NCBI GenBank assembly: GCA_049286925.1
Contig: JBAQEV010000017.1
Span: forward strand, 285 to 64,284
Length of the DNA stretch: 64,000 bases
DNA from: Candidatus Saccharimonadales bacterium
Lineage (GTDB): Bacteria > Patescibacteriota > Saccharimonadia > Saccharimonadales > Saccharimonadaceae
Reading direction: 5' to 3'
A program made the translations under genes and the position numbers. The notes under the pieces are model-generated. The model was not told where the DNA came from. It saw only the letters and a program-made list of their open reading frames with translations, and did no database searches. This document shows positions 1 to 8,085 of this stretch, one piece after another (positions within the stretch are counted from its first letter, which is position 1; each line of letters starts with the position of its first letter).

Positions 1-31
1 AACAGCTGACAACGGCACAACTTGCTCATAA
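1..31 (+). CDS. 3' end of an upstream type IV pilin paralog (partial, cut by window edge)
   Basis: Frame 2..31 reads TADNGTTCS*. This nearly matches the C-terminus (TADNGTCS*) of the pilin at 190..642, and it is followed by the same kind of hairpin. Confidence 0.6.
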   Translation, partial: TADNGTTCS

Positions 32-59
32 ATTTAGTATAGTTAGTACGTAACATTTT

Positions 60-90
60 AATATCCCTCTTTAAGAGGGATATTAATTTT
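60..90 (+). terminator. Hairpin plus T-run after the partial pilin gene
   Basis: ATATCCCTC (61-69) pairs with GAGGGATAT (75-83) and is followed by TAATTTT. Confidence 0.6.
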
Positions 91-119
91 CAAGATTTAT
101 ACAATAATTTTATCAATAG

Positions 120-132
120 CGCTTGTGTTTAT
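120..132 (+). promoter_or_regulatory. Conserved upstream element CGCTTGTGTTTAT, 70 nt before the pilin start
   Basis: An identical 13-mer occurs at 120..132 and 735..747. Each copy lies exactly 70 nt upstream of a pilin start codon (190 and 805). Confidence 0.4.
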
Positions 133-189
133 AAAAACAGTCCTTTATAATACGGTTAGTTAAATATATAAATAATTAGGAGGCAAATA

Positions 190-642
190 ATGGCAAATTT
201 AAAAACTAACACAAAAGCGCGAGGTTTTACAATCGTTGAGCTTTTGGTCGTTATCGTAGTCATCGGTATTTTGGCTGCTATCACAATCGTTTCGTACAGC
301 GGTATTACTGCTCGTGCAAACACTCAAGCTAACAAATCTAACGCAAACAGCGTTATCCAAGCCGCTCAGGTTGTTTATGCAAACACTGGTGCATATCCAG
401 TAACTGATGCGTCAGCAGCAACCGTGTTATCACACTTGAATGCTAGCGATGCTAAGGTTCCTGCAACCTTGGTTGTAACAAGCGCCACAGTAACGGCAAC
501 ACCTGGTAGCCAATTGTCATACCGAGTAACCGCAACCGGAACAGGTTTCTGCGTAGGATACTGGGATTCAACTATTGCTACTCCAGCTCCTGCTTACATC
601 TACTCTGGTACAGCAACAGCTGACAACGGCACTTGCTCATAA
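190..642 (+). CDS. Type IV pilin / prepilin-type N-terminal cleavage-methylation protein
   Basis: N-terminus ARG|FTIVELLVVIVVIGILAAITIVSYSG is a class III signal peptide with Glu+5. RBS AGGAGG lies 8 nt upstream. Confidence 0.9.
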   Translation: MANLKTNTKARGFTIVELLVVIVVIGILAAITIVSYSGITARANTQANKSNANSVIQAAQVVYANTGAYPVTDASAATVLSHLNASDAKVPATLVVTSATVTATPGSQLSYRVTATGTGFCVGYWDSTIATPAPAYIYSGTATADNGTCS

Positions 643-670
643 ACCTAATATATTAAATATTAGTTCAGTA

Positions 671-700
671 TTATCCCCGCATAGGGGATATTACTTTTTA
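671..700 (+). terminator. Hairpin plus T-run after the first pilin gene
   Basis: ATCCCC (673-678) pairs with GGGGAT (684-689) and is followed by TTACTTTTT. Confidence 0.6.
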
Positions 701-734
701 TAAATACATAGAAAACCAAGGATATTTGCTAAAA

Positions 735-747
735 CGCTTGTGTTTAT
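735..747 (+). promoter_or_regulatory. Second copy of the conserved upstream element CGCTTGTGTTTAT
   Basis: Same 13-mer and same 70-nt spacing to the start codon as at 120..132. Confidence 0.4.
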
Positions 748-804
748 TAATTATTTAAATTAAAATTACGTTAAGAATTATATAACTTTAGGAGGCAACA
801 AGTT

Positions 805-1680
805 GTGATCAATAATAATAAAAGTAATCAAGCGCGCGGTTTCACGATTGTTGAGCTTTTGGTCGTTATCGTAGTTATCGGTATTTTGGCTGCTATTACG
901 ATTGTTTCGTACAGCGGCATCACTAACCGTGCGAACACTGCAGCCGGTAAATCAGACTCTAGCGCGGTTTTGGGTAAGATTGGCGCCTATTTAGCGGACA
1001 CGCAATATGGTGCTCCGACTTCATACGGATCACTAACAAACTCGGCGGCTACAGCAAGTTATGCTGTGACTGGAATGAATTTTACTACAGCATCGGGCAA
1101 CAAAGATATGACAGCCTTCCGTCCTACCGGAATTGCTACAGACGCACTTGATTTTTATCTTTGCGGCACAACCGGATCAGCAACTGCAGTATCTACATAC
1201 GGCGGTGCTACAACTGGCATCAACGTTGTAAGTGGTGTCAAAATTGGATATTGGGATTACACTTCAGGCGCTGGCGCTGAAAACAGCACTGACTTTAATT
1301 ACGGAACAGTTTCTGGCACATATGGCACCCCTGCATACAACGTTGGTTGTATAAAGGTCGGCATAGCCGAGTCAGTCGTTGCGGTAGCAAAAGCAATCCG
1401 CACCGAGACTGGCACATACCCAGCTACCGCAGCTGCTATTAACGCTAATACCGCAACAAGTGCGAAACTACCTGTCGGAGTAACAGCAACCCTTGTGAAC
1501 CCAACTACTGGCAACGGTACAACAAACGTACGTTTTGAATGTGGATCAGCAGTTGCTGCCACACTGCCCTGCAATAACACTGGTGGTCGTATTTCCTTCT
1601 GGGACTATTCACTTGGCACACCAGCTGTCGCAACAATTACTTTTGGCACAGCAGTCAACTTTGCATCTCCTGCATCATAG
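805..1680 (+). CDS. Type IV pilin paralog (larger, 291 aa)
   Basis: GTG start with GGAGG RBS. N-terminus ARG|FTIVELLVVIVVIGILAAITIVSYSG is identical to that of the 190..642 pilin. The C-terminal domain is variable and Thr/Ala/Gly-rich. Confidence 0.9.
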   Translation: MINNNKSNQARGFTIVELLVVIVVIGILAAITIVSYSGITNRANTAAGKSDSSAVLGKIGAYLADTQYGAPTSYGSLTNSAATASYAVTGMNFTTASGNKDMTAFRPTGIATDALDFYLCGTTGSATAVSTYGGATTGINVVSGVKIGYWDYTSGAGAENSTDFNYGTVSGTYGTPAYNVGCIKVGIAESVVAVAKAIRTETGTYPATAAAINANTATSAKLPVGVTATLVNPTTGNGTTNVRFECGSAVAATLPCNNTGGRISFWDYSLGTPAVATITFGTAVNFASPAS

Positions 1681-1700
1681 GATTATAAGCATAGATTTAA

Positions 1701-1730
1701 ATACCCACCTTATGAGGTGGGTATTTTATT
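1701..1730. terminator. Bidirectional terminator hairpin between the pilin gene and glyA
   Basis: ATACCCACCT (1701-1710) pairs with AGGTGGGTAT (1715-1724). It is T-rich on the + side and A-rich before it, and lies between convergent genes. Confidence 0.7.
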
Positions 1731-1743
1731 TGTAGATACTTAC

Positions 1744-3021
1744 CTATTTATCGCTAGGAAGCGGAAAGGTCCTAGCCAGTTTGACTACTTCCTTTTTAAT
1801 TTTGGCTAATTCAGTAGGCTTTTCGCGGTTATCGACTGCTTGTTTCATCCAATCAGCAATCTGGACCATATGTTCTTGTTTTAGCCCTCGTGTTGTAATT
1901 GCTGGAGTACCCAGACGAATACCACTTGGCTTGAATGGTGGCAGTGGATCATCGGGTACGGCATTGGCGTTAAGCGTCAATCCGATAGCGTCCAGTGCCC
2001 TCTCGACAACTTTGCCATCAACTCCAAAGCTCTTATATACATCAACCAACATCATGTGGTTGCTAGTACCGCCAGTTACTAACTGAAATCCGCGTTTTGT
2101 AAGCTCGTCAGCTAATGTTGATGCATTAATGACAATCTGCTGAGCATATTGCTTAAACTCGGGCTGTAGGGCCTCATAAAATGCCACAGCCTTGGCTGCA
2201 ATCGAATGCATATGCGGACCACCCTGCATGCCAGGAAAAATTGACCTATCGATTAATGTTGGGATATTCTCAAGTGTTTTTTCAGGAGCTTTTAGCGGGT
2301 TACCGACCGTTCCCATCGACAAAATCATACCACCACGTGGACCACGCAGTGTTTTGTGCGTCGTAGTTGTGATGACATGGAATCCGTAATCAAATGGGTT
2401 CTTAGCCACACCAGCGACAATCAGACCGGCAATATGCGCCATATCGGCCATCAACAGTGCCCCAACTTCGTTACCAATAGCGGCAAATTTAGCGTAATCT
2501 AACTCACGTGGATAGGCGCTAAAACCAGCCAAAATAATTTTTGGCTTATGTTTTATGGCCAGTTCGCGTAACTCTTCGTAATCAATCTCACCAGTCGAAA
2601 TATCTTTCATCTTGTAGCGTACAAAATTGTAAAGTTTGGCACTGCGCGTCACTGGCGCACCGTGGGTTAAATGTCCACCATGACCTAAATCCATCGCCAA
2701 AACAGTGTCGCCCGGTTCAAGCCATGCGCTGTAAACCGCTTCGTTTGCTGGCGCACCTGAATGTGGTTGCACGTTGGCGTGATCGCATCTAAATAATTTT
2801 TTAGCCCTATCAATAGCCAACTGCTCTACTTGGTCAGTAAACTCTTGGCCGCCGTAATAGCGCTTGCCAGGATAACCCTCGGAATACTTATTAGTAAAAA
2901 CACTGCCAAGCGCCGTTAGCACGTCTCGACTAACATAGTTTTCGCTTGGAATAAGCTCCAGCCCATCGCGTTGCCTTTTTTCCTCACCCTCAATACATTT
3001 CGCTATCTGCTTATCTTTCAT
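1744..3021 (-). CDS. glyA: Serine hydroxymethyltransferase
   Basis: Full-length SHMT signature (LELIPSENY, TTTTHKTLRGPRGG PLP-lysine region). RBS GGAGGTAGG. Confidence 0.97.
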   Translation of the reverse strand: MKDKQIAKCIEGEEKRQRDGLELIPSENYVSRDVLTALGSVFTNKYSEGYPGKRYYGGQEFTDQVEQLAIDRAKKLFRCDHANVQPHSGAPANEAVYSAWLEPGDTVLAMDLGHGGHLTHGAPVTRSAKLYNFVRYKMKDISTGEIDYEELRELAIKHKPKIILAGFSAYPRELDYAKFAAIGNEVGALLMADMAHIAGLIVAGVAKNPFDYGFHVITTTTHKTLRGPRGGMILSMGTVGNPLKAPEKTLENIPTLIDRSIFPGMQGGPHMHSIAAKAVAFYEALQPEFKQYAQQIVINASTLADELTKRGFQLVTGGTSNHMMLVDVYKSFGVDGKVVERALDAIGLTLNANAVPDDPLPPFKPSGIRLGTPAITTRGLKQEHMVQIADWMKQAVDNREKPTELAKIKKEVVKLARTFPLPSDK

Positions 3022-3151
3022 ACTACCTACCTCCTAAACTGTTAGTTAAAATTATACCACCCATCGCCTATAATTAAACATTAGTAGCGGCTTTGCGAGG
3101 TTTATCCTCGCAAACGAAGAAAATGTGTTAAAACCTCTAATTATGAGTTCC

Positions 3152-3196
3152 CACCTACCACCTACCACCTACCACCTACCACCTACCACCTACCAC
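3152..3196. repeat. Heptanucleotide microsatellite (CACCTAC) x 6.4
   Basis: Six perfect tandem CACCTAC units plus CAC, lying in the divergent glyA / HTH-murA intergenic region. Confidence 0.95.
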
Positions 3197-3238
3197 TCCG
3201 TATTGACACATATATCATCATTGATATACCATCGATAT

Positions 3239-4768
3239 ATGACAGTTATAGATTATAAAGCAAAAATCGGATCGTTAATTCAAGAGGCCAGACAATCAAG
3301 AGGTCTGACTCAATCTCAACTAGCCGAGGCTCTAAATACCAGCCAAAGCGCTATAAACCGCATCGAAAAAGGTGGCCAAAATATCAGTCTTGAGATGTTG
3401 GCTCGCATTAGTGACGTTTTGTCAAGCGAAATTATCAGCTTGAACAAGACTGGTAAGGTTAACTTTCGTATCAACGGTGGAAAAAAATTATCTGGTGAAA
3501 TAACTGTAAAAACCAGCAAAAATGCTGCTGTCGGACTACTCTGTGCCAGCCTGCTTAACCGTGGCACAACTACAATTAAGCGCGCAGCTAAAATTGAAGA
3601 AGTTAACCGAATCATTGAAGTGCTACAAAGCATCGGCGTAAAAATTCGCTGGTTAAACGACGAAAACGACCTAGAAATTACACCACCAGCTCGCCTAAAA
3701 CTTGACTCTATAAACGTTGAAGCAGCCAAGCGTACACGTTCGATAATTATGTTTTTGGGACCATTATTGCACCAGTATAAAGAATTTAAGATACCATTTA
3801 CCGGTGGATGCAACCTTGGAACGCGAACTGTCGAGCCTCATATGACCGGCTTGGCGCCATTTGGGCTTAATGTCACAGCAAACAACGACTTTTACCACGT
3901 CACTATCAATAAAAAACCAATAACTAAAACCATTTTGCTAACCGAACGTGGCGATACAACAACCGAGAACGTAGTCATGGCAGCCGCACTATACGACGGA
4001 GAAGTGACAATCAGAAACGCCAGCCCCAATTACATGGTTCAGGATGTTTGTTTTTATCTACAAAAGCTTGGCGTAAAAATCGAAGGCATCGGCACAACGA
4101 CTCTTAAAATTCGTGGTTTGCGCAGTATAAATAAAAACGTCGAATATTATCCAAGCGAAGACCCAATCGAAGCAATGAGCTTTATTGCCGCTGGCATCGT
4201 TACCGACTCTGAAATTACCATCAAACGAGTACCTATCGAGTTTGTCGAGATTGAGTTAGCAATTCTGTCGGGCATGGGCTTAAAATACGAAATAAGCGAC
4301 GAGTATATGGGCCGAAACGGCAAAACTCGACTAGTTGACCTTAAGGTTCTTAAATCAAAGTTACATGCCTCCAAGGACAAACTGCACAGCATGCCGTTCC
4401 CTGGTGTCAATATGGACAATTTGCCTTTCCTTGGTTTAATAGCAACCGTTGCCGAGGGTCGGACCCTCGTACACGACTGGACATACGAGAATAGGGCGAT
4501 TTACTTTACGGAATTAACCAAATTGAATGCGCAAATCGAACTAGCTGATCCACACCGTGTCTATATAACTGGGCCAACCAAGTGGAAACCGGCTGATATC
4601 ATTACACCGCCCGCCCTCAGGCCATCAGTTGTAATATTACTGGCCATGCTTGCCGCCCCTGGTACGTCAACACTACGCGACGTCTATTCGATTAATCGCG
4701 GCTATGAAGATTTTGCTAACCGCCTAAATACTCTTGGCGCTGATATTGATACTATTCGCGAAATCTAA
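3239..4768 (+). CDS. murA: XRE-type HTH domain fused to UDP-N-acetylglucosamine 1-carboxyvinyltransferase (MurA)
   Basis: Residues after Met39 of the tracked ORF form an HTH_3-like segment (LTQSQLAEALNTSQSAINRIEKG). A MurA/EPSP-synthase fold follows (SGEITVKTSKNAAVGLL..., loop TGGCNLGTRTVEPH with the catalytic-position Cys). I chose the 3239 ATG because the 3125 start would read through the microsatellite. Confidence 0.85.
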   Translation: MTVIDYKAKIGSLIQEARQSRGLTQSQLAEALNTSQSAINRIEKGGQNISLEMLARISDVLSSEIISLNKTGKVNFRINGGKKLSGEITVKTSKNAAVGLLCASLLNRGTTTIKRAAKIEEVNRIIEVLQSIGVKIRWLNDENDLEITPPARLKLDSINVEAAKRTRSIIMFLGPLLHQYKEFKIPFTGGCNLGTRTVEPHMTGLAPFGLNVTANNDFYHVTINKKPITKTILLTERGDTTTENVVMAAALYDGEVTIRNASPNYMVQDVCFYLQKLGVKIEGIGTTTLKIRGLRSINKNVEYYPSEDPIEAMSFIAAGIVTDSEITIKRVPIEFVEIELAILSGMGLKYEISDEYMGRNGKTRLVDLKVLKSKLHASKDKLHSMPFPGVNMDNLPFLGLIATVAEGRTLVHDWTYENRAIYFTELTKLNAQIELADPHRVYITGPTKWKPADIITPPALRPSVVILLAMLAAPGTSTLRDVYSINRGYEDFANRLNTLGADIDTIREI

Positions 4769-4770
4769 TC

Positions 4771-5103
4771 TTAAGCGTACGGGTTATAACTTTGCAGCTT
4801 TGGTGAAGCAACGCGCATTGAACCGCCAGCGTTGTATTGTTGGATTGAAGGTCGGCCGTTTACACCCAGCGGTCTGTTGATGTCAGTCGAAACCGGCTTT
4901 GCCCTAACCGCACTGTAAGAGTTGCCGATAGCTGAACGATGATAGCCCTTAATTAATTGGCGACTTGCGTCGATTTGTCGGCGCATACCAAAAGATTCTG
5001 TCGTTGTTGAGCCTACTCTGTCACCATAGGCTACCTTGGCGTAGCCGCTGCTGTGGAAATGCGAGGCGTTATCATTTGTTGCTATGTGTTTATTTAAATC
5101 CAT
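4771..5103 (-). CDS. Hypothetical small protein (110 aa)
   Basis: ORF with a weak AAGGT RBS and an extended -10 (TGTATAAT on the minus strand, + coordinates 5123..5130). No recognisable motif. Confidence 0.45.
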   Translation of the reverse strand: MDLNKHIATNDNASHFHSSGYAKVAYGDRVGSTTTESFGMRRQIDASRQLIKGYHRSAIGNSYSAVRAKPVSTDINRPLGVNGRPSIQQYNAGGSMRVASPKLQSYNPYA

Positions 5104-5137
5104 AATTTTACCTTATGTGTTTATTATACAGCAAAAT

Positions 5138-5295
5138 GAACGATGGGTTTTGGTCACGATAAATTTCCTTCGGAAATTTTCGCGACCCCGCCTCGCTTGG
5201 TAGCGTTCGCAATCCAGGCTCCGGCCTTGCGAACCGCCGACGTGGCGGTTCTCACCCACGACCTACGGTCGTGGTTTAAAACCCTATGGTACATC
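5138..5295 (-). other. GC-rich structured region containing an interrupted copy of the tRNA-His 3' half
   Basis: 5138..5152 equals tRNA-His 5342..5356 (15 nt). 5256..5266 equals 5358..5368 (11 nt). The two parts are split by a 103-nt GC-rich insert made of stacked hairpins (8-bp GAACCGCC/GGCGGTTC, 7-bp GTTCGCA/TGCGAAC, 8-bp AAATTTCC/GGAAATTT). Confidence 0.5.
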
Positions 5296-5339
5296 CCAAA
5301 ATAAAATGGCCAGGTTTTACCTGACCGTTTTATTTTGGG
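5296..5339 (-). terminator. Long hairpin immediately after (and overlapping the CCA of) tRNA-His
   Basis: CCAAAATAAAA-GG-CAGG ... CCTG-CC-TTTTATTTTGG is a near-perfect ~18-bp stem. Confidence 0.5.
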
Positions 5340-5413
5340 GCGAACGATGGGTTTTGAACCCACGACCTCTGGATCCACAGACCAGCGCTCTAACCAACTG
5401 AGCTACATTCGCC
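5336..5413 (-). tRNA. tRNA-His (GTG)
   Basis: Manual cloverleaf gives G-1, acceptor GCGAATG/CGTTCGC, anticodon loop CTGTGGA, T-loop TTCAAAA and an encoded CCA. Length 78 nt. Confidence 0.9.
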
Positions 5414-5443
5414 ACACAATAACACATCCCATTTAATACAAAA

Positions 5444-5518
5444 TGGTGCGGGCGGAGAGAATCGAACTCTCATCGTTTGCTTGGAAGGCAGACATATTAG
5501 CCTTTATACGACGCCCGC
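5444..5518 (-). tRNA. tRNA-Gly (TCC)
   Basis: Acceptor GCGGGCG/CGCCCGC, anticodon stem TCTGC/GCAAA with loop CTTCCAA, T-arm GAGAG-TTCGATT-CTCTC and an encoded CCA. Length 75 nt. Confidence 0.9.
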
Positions 5519-5566
5519 ATGTTGGTATATTATACCAGTTTATATCGGTTATCGTCCACCCATAAA

Positions 5567-5986
5567 TCACACTTCTTCAGCTTCGGCCTCATCAGCTTCT
5601 TCCCTGGTAGCATGAACTGTGCCGTGCGGGTGCTGAGGCGGTGCATAAATCGAGTAAACCTTCAGTGGCACGTCACCACTACTAATCAAATTATGCCATG
5701 TTCCGGACGGCACTACCACAATATCGTCGGCCGCTGCCTTCCAGGTTTGCAAGTCATCTTTACTTGGCCCCATCATTACTGTTGCTTGGCCCTGTTCTAG
5801 ACGCAAGAATTGATCATGAGTATCATGAACTTCCAACCCAATATCGCTGCCTGATTCAATCGACATCAATGTTATTTGCAGGTTTCTGCCCGTCCATAAC
5901 GTCGTTCGATAATTTGTGTTTTCGATTGTTGCCGTTTCGATATCCGTTACTAGTGGGCTTGGGCCGGTATCAATTATATCTGTCAT
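5567..5986 (-). CDS. Cupin domain protein
   Basis: Cupin_2-like motifs (GLEVHDTHDQFLRLEQG ... VVVPSGTWHNL). Confidence 0.8.
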   Translation of the reverse strand: MTDIIDTGPSPLVTDIETATIENTNYRTTLWTGRNLQITLMSIESGSDIGLEVHDTHDQFLRLEQGQATVMMGPSKDDLQTWKAAADDIVVVPSGTWHNLISSGDVPLKVYSIYAPPQHPHGTVHATREEADEAEAEEV

Positions 5987-6516
5987 TTCTTTACTCCTCT
6001 TTTTAATTTAGTTTTAGAAACTGCCTTTTTGGTAGCTTTATAAACCCTGTAGGTCCAATAACCCAGCCAAATCATCATCAATCCAAGCAATGCAAGCATT
6101 GCCCAGGTTGATAGTCCGGATTTTGCATCAAACGCCGACGCATTCATCTCGTACGTGATGTACGCGAAAAGCACGCTAATAAACAGTACTGTTCCTGTCA
6201 GCATTATGCGAATCATATCAAAAGCATTGTCGCGTTGTTTTTTGCCCAGTGCCATCAACCACATAGTTGTAGGAATATTTGAATATTGCGGTTTGTGATA
6301 CAGAAAAGCAAAACCCGCCAGCATCAAGGTCTGGATGACAGGCATTAAAAAGACATTGAATAGCGATTTGTCAGCCCAGCCATTGGGAAGACCATCGATT
6401 CCAAAGTGTACAGGAATGAACGCTGGCAACTTGTCCCAGTAATAAGCCGCTGTCATCCAACTGACTACAGCCAGTATAAATGCTATGAAGAAGATTATTT
6501 TGTGCTTTTGTTTCAT
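5983..6516 (-). CDS. DUF1648/SdpI-like membrane protein
   Basis: Motif YYWDKLPAFIPVHFGIDGLPNGWADKS plus 4 TM helices. I chose the ATG at 6516 because of the GGGAGGG RBS. Its stop overlaps the cupin start (ATGA). Confidence 0.7.
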   Translation of the reverse strand: MKQKHKIIFFIAFILAVVSWMTAAYYWDKLPAFIPVHFGIDGLPNGWADKSLFNVFLMPVIQTLMLAGFAFLYHKPQYSNIPTTMWLMALGKKQRDNAFDMIRIMLTGTVLFISVLFAYITYEMNASAFDAKSGLSTWAMLALLGLMMIWLGYWTYRVYKATKKAVSKTKLKRGVKK

Positions 6517-6623
6517 ATACCCTCCCGATACTTCTATTATATGCCAACTGCGCAAATATCGCCAAAAACAGATATAATTTGGTATAATAAGTCGCGTAGC
6601 ACGCCCAACCAATATCCAATTAC

Positions 6624-6699
6624 GCCCTGGTAGCTCAGTGGATAGAGCAGAGGACTTCTAAGCCTAAGGTCGTTGGTTCGATTCCAACCCAGGGTACCA
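6624..6699 (+). tRNA. tRNA-Arg (TCT)
   Basis: Canonical 76-nt layout with D-arm GCTC-AGTGGATA-GAGC, anticodon loop CTTCTAA, T-arm GTTGG-TTCGATT-CCAAC and CCA. The anticodon stem has only 3 Watson-Crick pairs. Confidence 0.85.
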
Positions 6700-6757
6700 A
6701 AATAAGATACTATTACAAATTAATATTTGCTCTGGAGTAAATATAATAAAACTTCGA

Positions 6758-7675
6758 TTGAATAAATTGATTGATTCTGTTGCAGTAATGATTGTTATAT
6801 TTATATTGCTGATAACTGCCGGTATTACCTATTACCAAAAAACTCACAAGCTCAAAGTTTCCAGCTCATTATTGCAAACTATCAAAATCGACAATATAGA
6901 TCGAACGTACACAATATATACACCCGCAAAAATAACTTACCCAGCCCCAATGGTTGTTATGCTTCATGGAGGCTATGGCAGCGGTGCCCAAGCAAAACAA
7001 ACTTATGGATGGGACCAACAAGCTGATAAATATAATTTTATCGTAGTTTATCCTGATGGATTTGAAAAATCATGGAACACTGGTGGCAATTGTTGTGGGC
7101 AAGCGGCAAAACAAAATATTGATGACGTTAAGTTCATCTCTACAATGCTACAAAAAATTACCAGTGAAATTGATATAGATAAATCGCGTATCTATGCAAC
7201 CGGTATCAGCAACGGAGGCATGCTCAGTTATACCCTTGCGTGCAACACAGATACTTTTGCGGCTATTGGGCCTGTTTCGGCTACATTATTGGATAATTGT
7301 AATAGCCCAAAACCTTTATCTGTCATCGCAATTCATGGGACATTAGACAAAATGATTCCCTATGACGGCAGTGAAGGGTCTGGTACACAAAAGATAGACG
7401 GCCCACCCATACTTAACCTAAATGCAACCTGGCGAAGTATAAATACATGCAAAAGCCCGTCTATTAATACCGAAGGTGACGTCATAACTTCAATAGCAAA
7501 TTGCATTGACAATAGATCAGTCGAACTAATAACCATTAACGGCGCAGGTCATCAATGGCCAGGATCTATGCCAAATAAACTAGCTCAACGTCTGTTGCAT
7601 ACCGATTCGCCATCAACAGCAATCAACGCAACCGACACTATTTGGCATTTCTTTGCAGCCCGTTACAAACAATAA
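6758..7675 (+). CDS. Secreted esterase, PHB-depolymerase (LpqC-like) family
   Basis: N-terminal TM/signal, HGGYGSG, SWNTGGNCCG and nucleophile elbow GISNGG. Confidence 0.8.
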   Translation: MNKLIDSVAVMIVIFILLITAGITYYQKTHKLKVSSSLLQTIKIDNIDRTYTIYTPAKITYPAPMVVMLHGGYGSGAQAKQTYGWDQQADKYNFIVVYPDGFEKSWNTGGNCCGQAAKQNIDDVKFISTMLQKITSEIDIDKSRIYATGISNGGMLSYTLACNTDTFAAIGPVSATLLDNCNSPKPLSVIAIHGTLDKMIPYDGSEGSGTQKIDGPPILNLNATWRSINTCKSPSINTEGDVITSIANCIDNRSVELITINGAGHQWPGSMPNKLAQRLLHTDSPSTAINATDTIWHFFAARYKQ

Positions 7676-7770
7676 AGTATCTGTAACTGTGATAGTTATG
7701 CGAACAAACGTTATGGTATGATTAATAGCATAAGCAATATTAGTATGCAATCCAATGAAAGATACTACAC

Positions 7771-8085
7771 ATGAAAAATTCTAGGCAAAAGCATATACAG
7801 TGGAATAAACAAATACCATGGTCATCAGTAATGCCAATAGTCACGATTGTTACTTTTTTCGTAACGATAGTGACAATAATCCTTTGCATCGTGGTAAATA
7901 GCAATAGTTATTGGATTTGGGTATATTCCGACCAGGAAATGCGCCACTCTATAGACAACTCCTATCAAACAAGTCGAATCACATATTGCTATGATAATGA
8001 AATCCATCCTTGTACTGACGATGCCATTACAACCTGGAACAAAAAACACCCCGCCGAAGCATCTTTTAGCCCAACTCAGAATTAG
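7771..8085 (+). CDS. Hypothetical small membrane protein
   Basis: One hydrophobic helix (VMPIVTIVTFFVTIVTIILCIVV). No other motif. Confidence 0.4.
   Translation: MKNSRQKHIQWNKQIPWSSVMPIVTIVTFFVTIVTIILCIVVNSNSYWIWVYSDQEMRHSIDNSYQTSRITYCYDNEIHPCTDDAITTWNKKHPAEASFSPTQN

Noticed and set aside
1299-1735. Track ORFs 1299..1580 (-) and 1535..1735 (+) inside or overlapping the large pilin gene
   Set aside because: They are antisense or out of frame to a well-supported pilin CDS and run into the terminator hairpin. They have no RBS.
3152-3196. Possible CRISPR-like or telomere-like repeat
   Set aside because: It is a 7-nt perfect microsatellite with no spacers and no cas genes nearby. It is not a CRISPR array.
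3125-3238. N-terminal extension of the HTH-MurA ORF (MLKPLIMSSHLPPTTYHLPPTTYH...)
   Set aside because: The extension is simply the translation of the CACCTAC microsatellite and promoter-like sequence (TTGACA at 3203). The HTH domain starts right after Met39, so 3239 is the more plausible start. This is kept as a caveat in the microsatellite finding.
5138-5335. SRP (4.5S) RNA or RNase P RNA as the identity of the structured region after tRNA-His
   Set aside because: I could not find the SRP domain IV signature (GGAA tetraloop closed by C-G pairs followed by GGAAGCAGC) or the RNase P CR-I/CR-V sequences (GGAAAGUCCGG, ACAGAA..CGGCUUA) on either strand.
5154-5378. 74-aa ORF in the track on the minus strand
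   Set aside because: It is read across the tRNA-His gene, its terminator hairpin and the GC-rich structured region. It has no RBS and its composition is driven by RNA structure.
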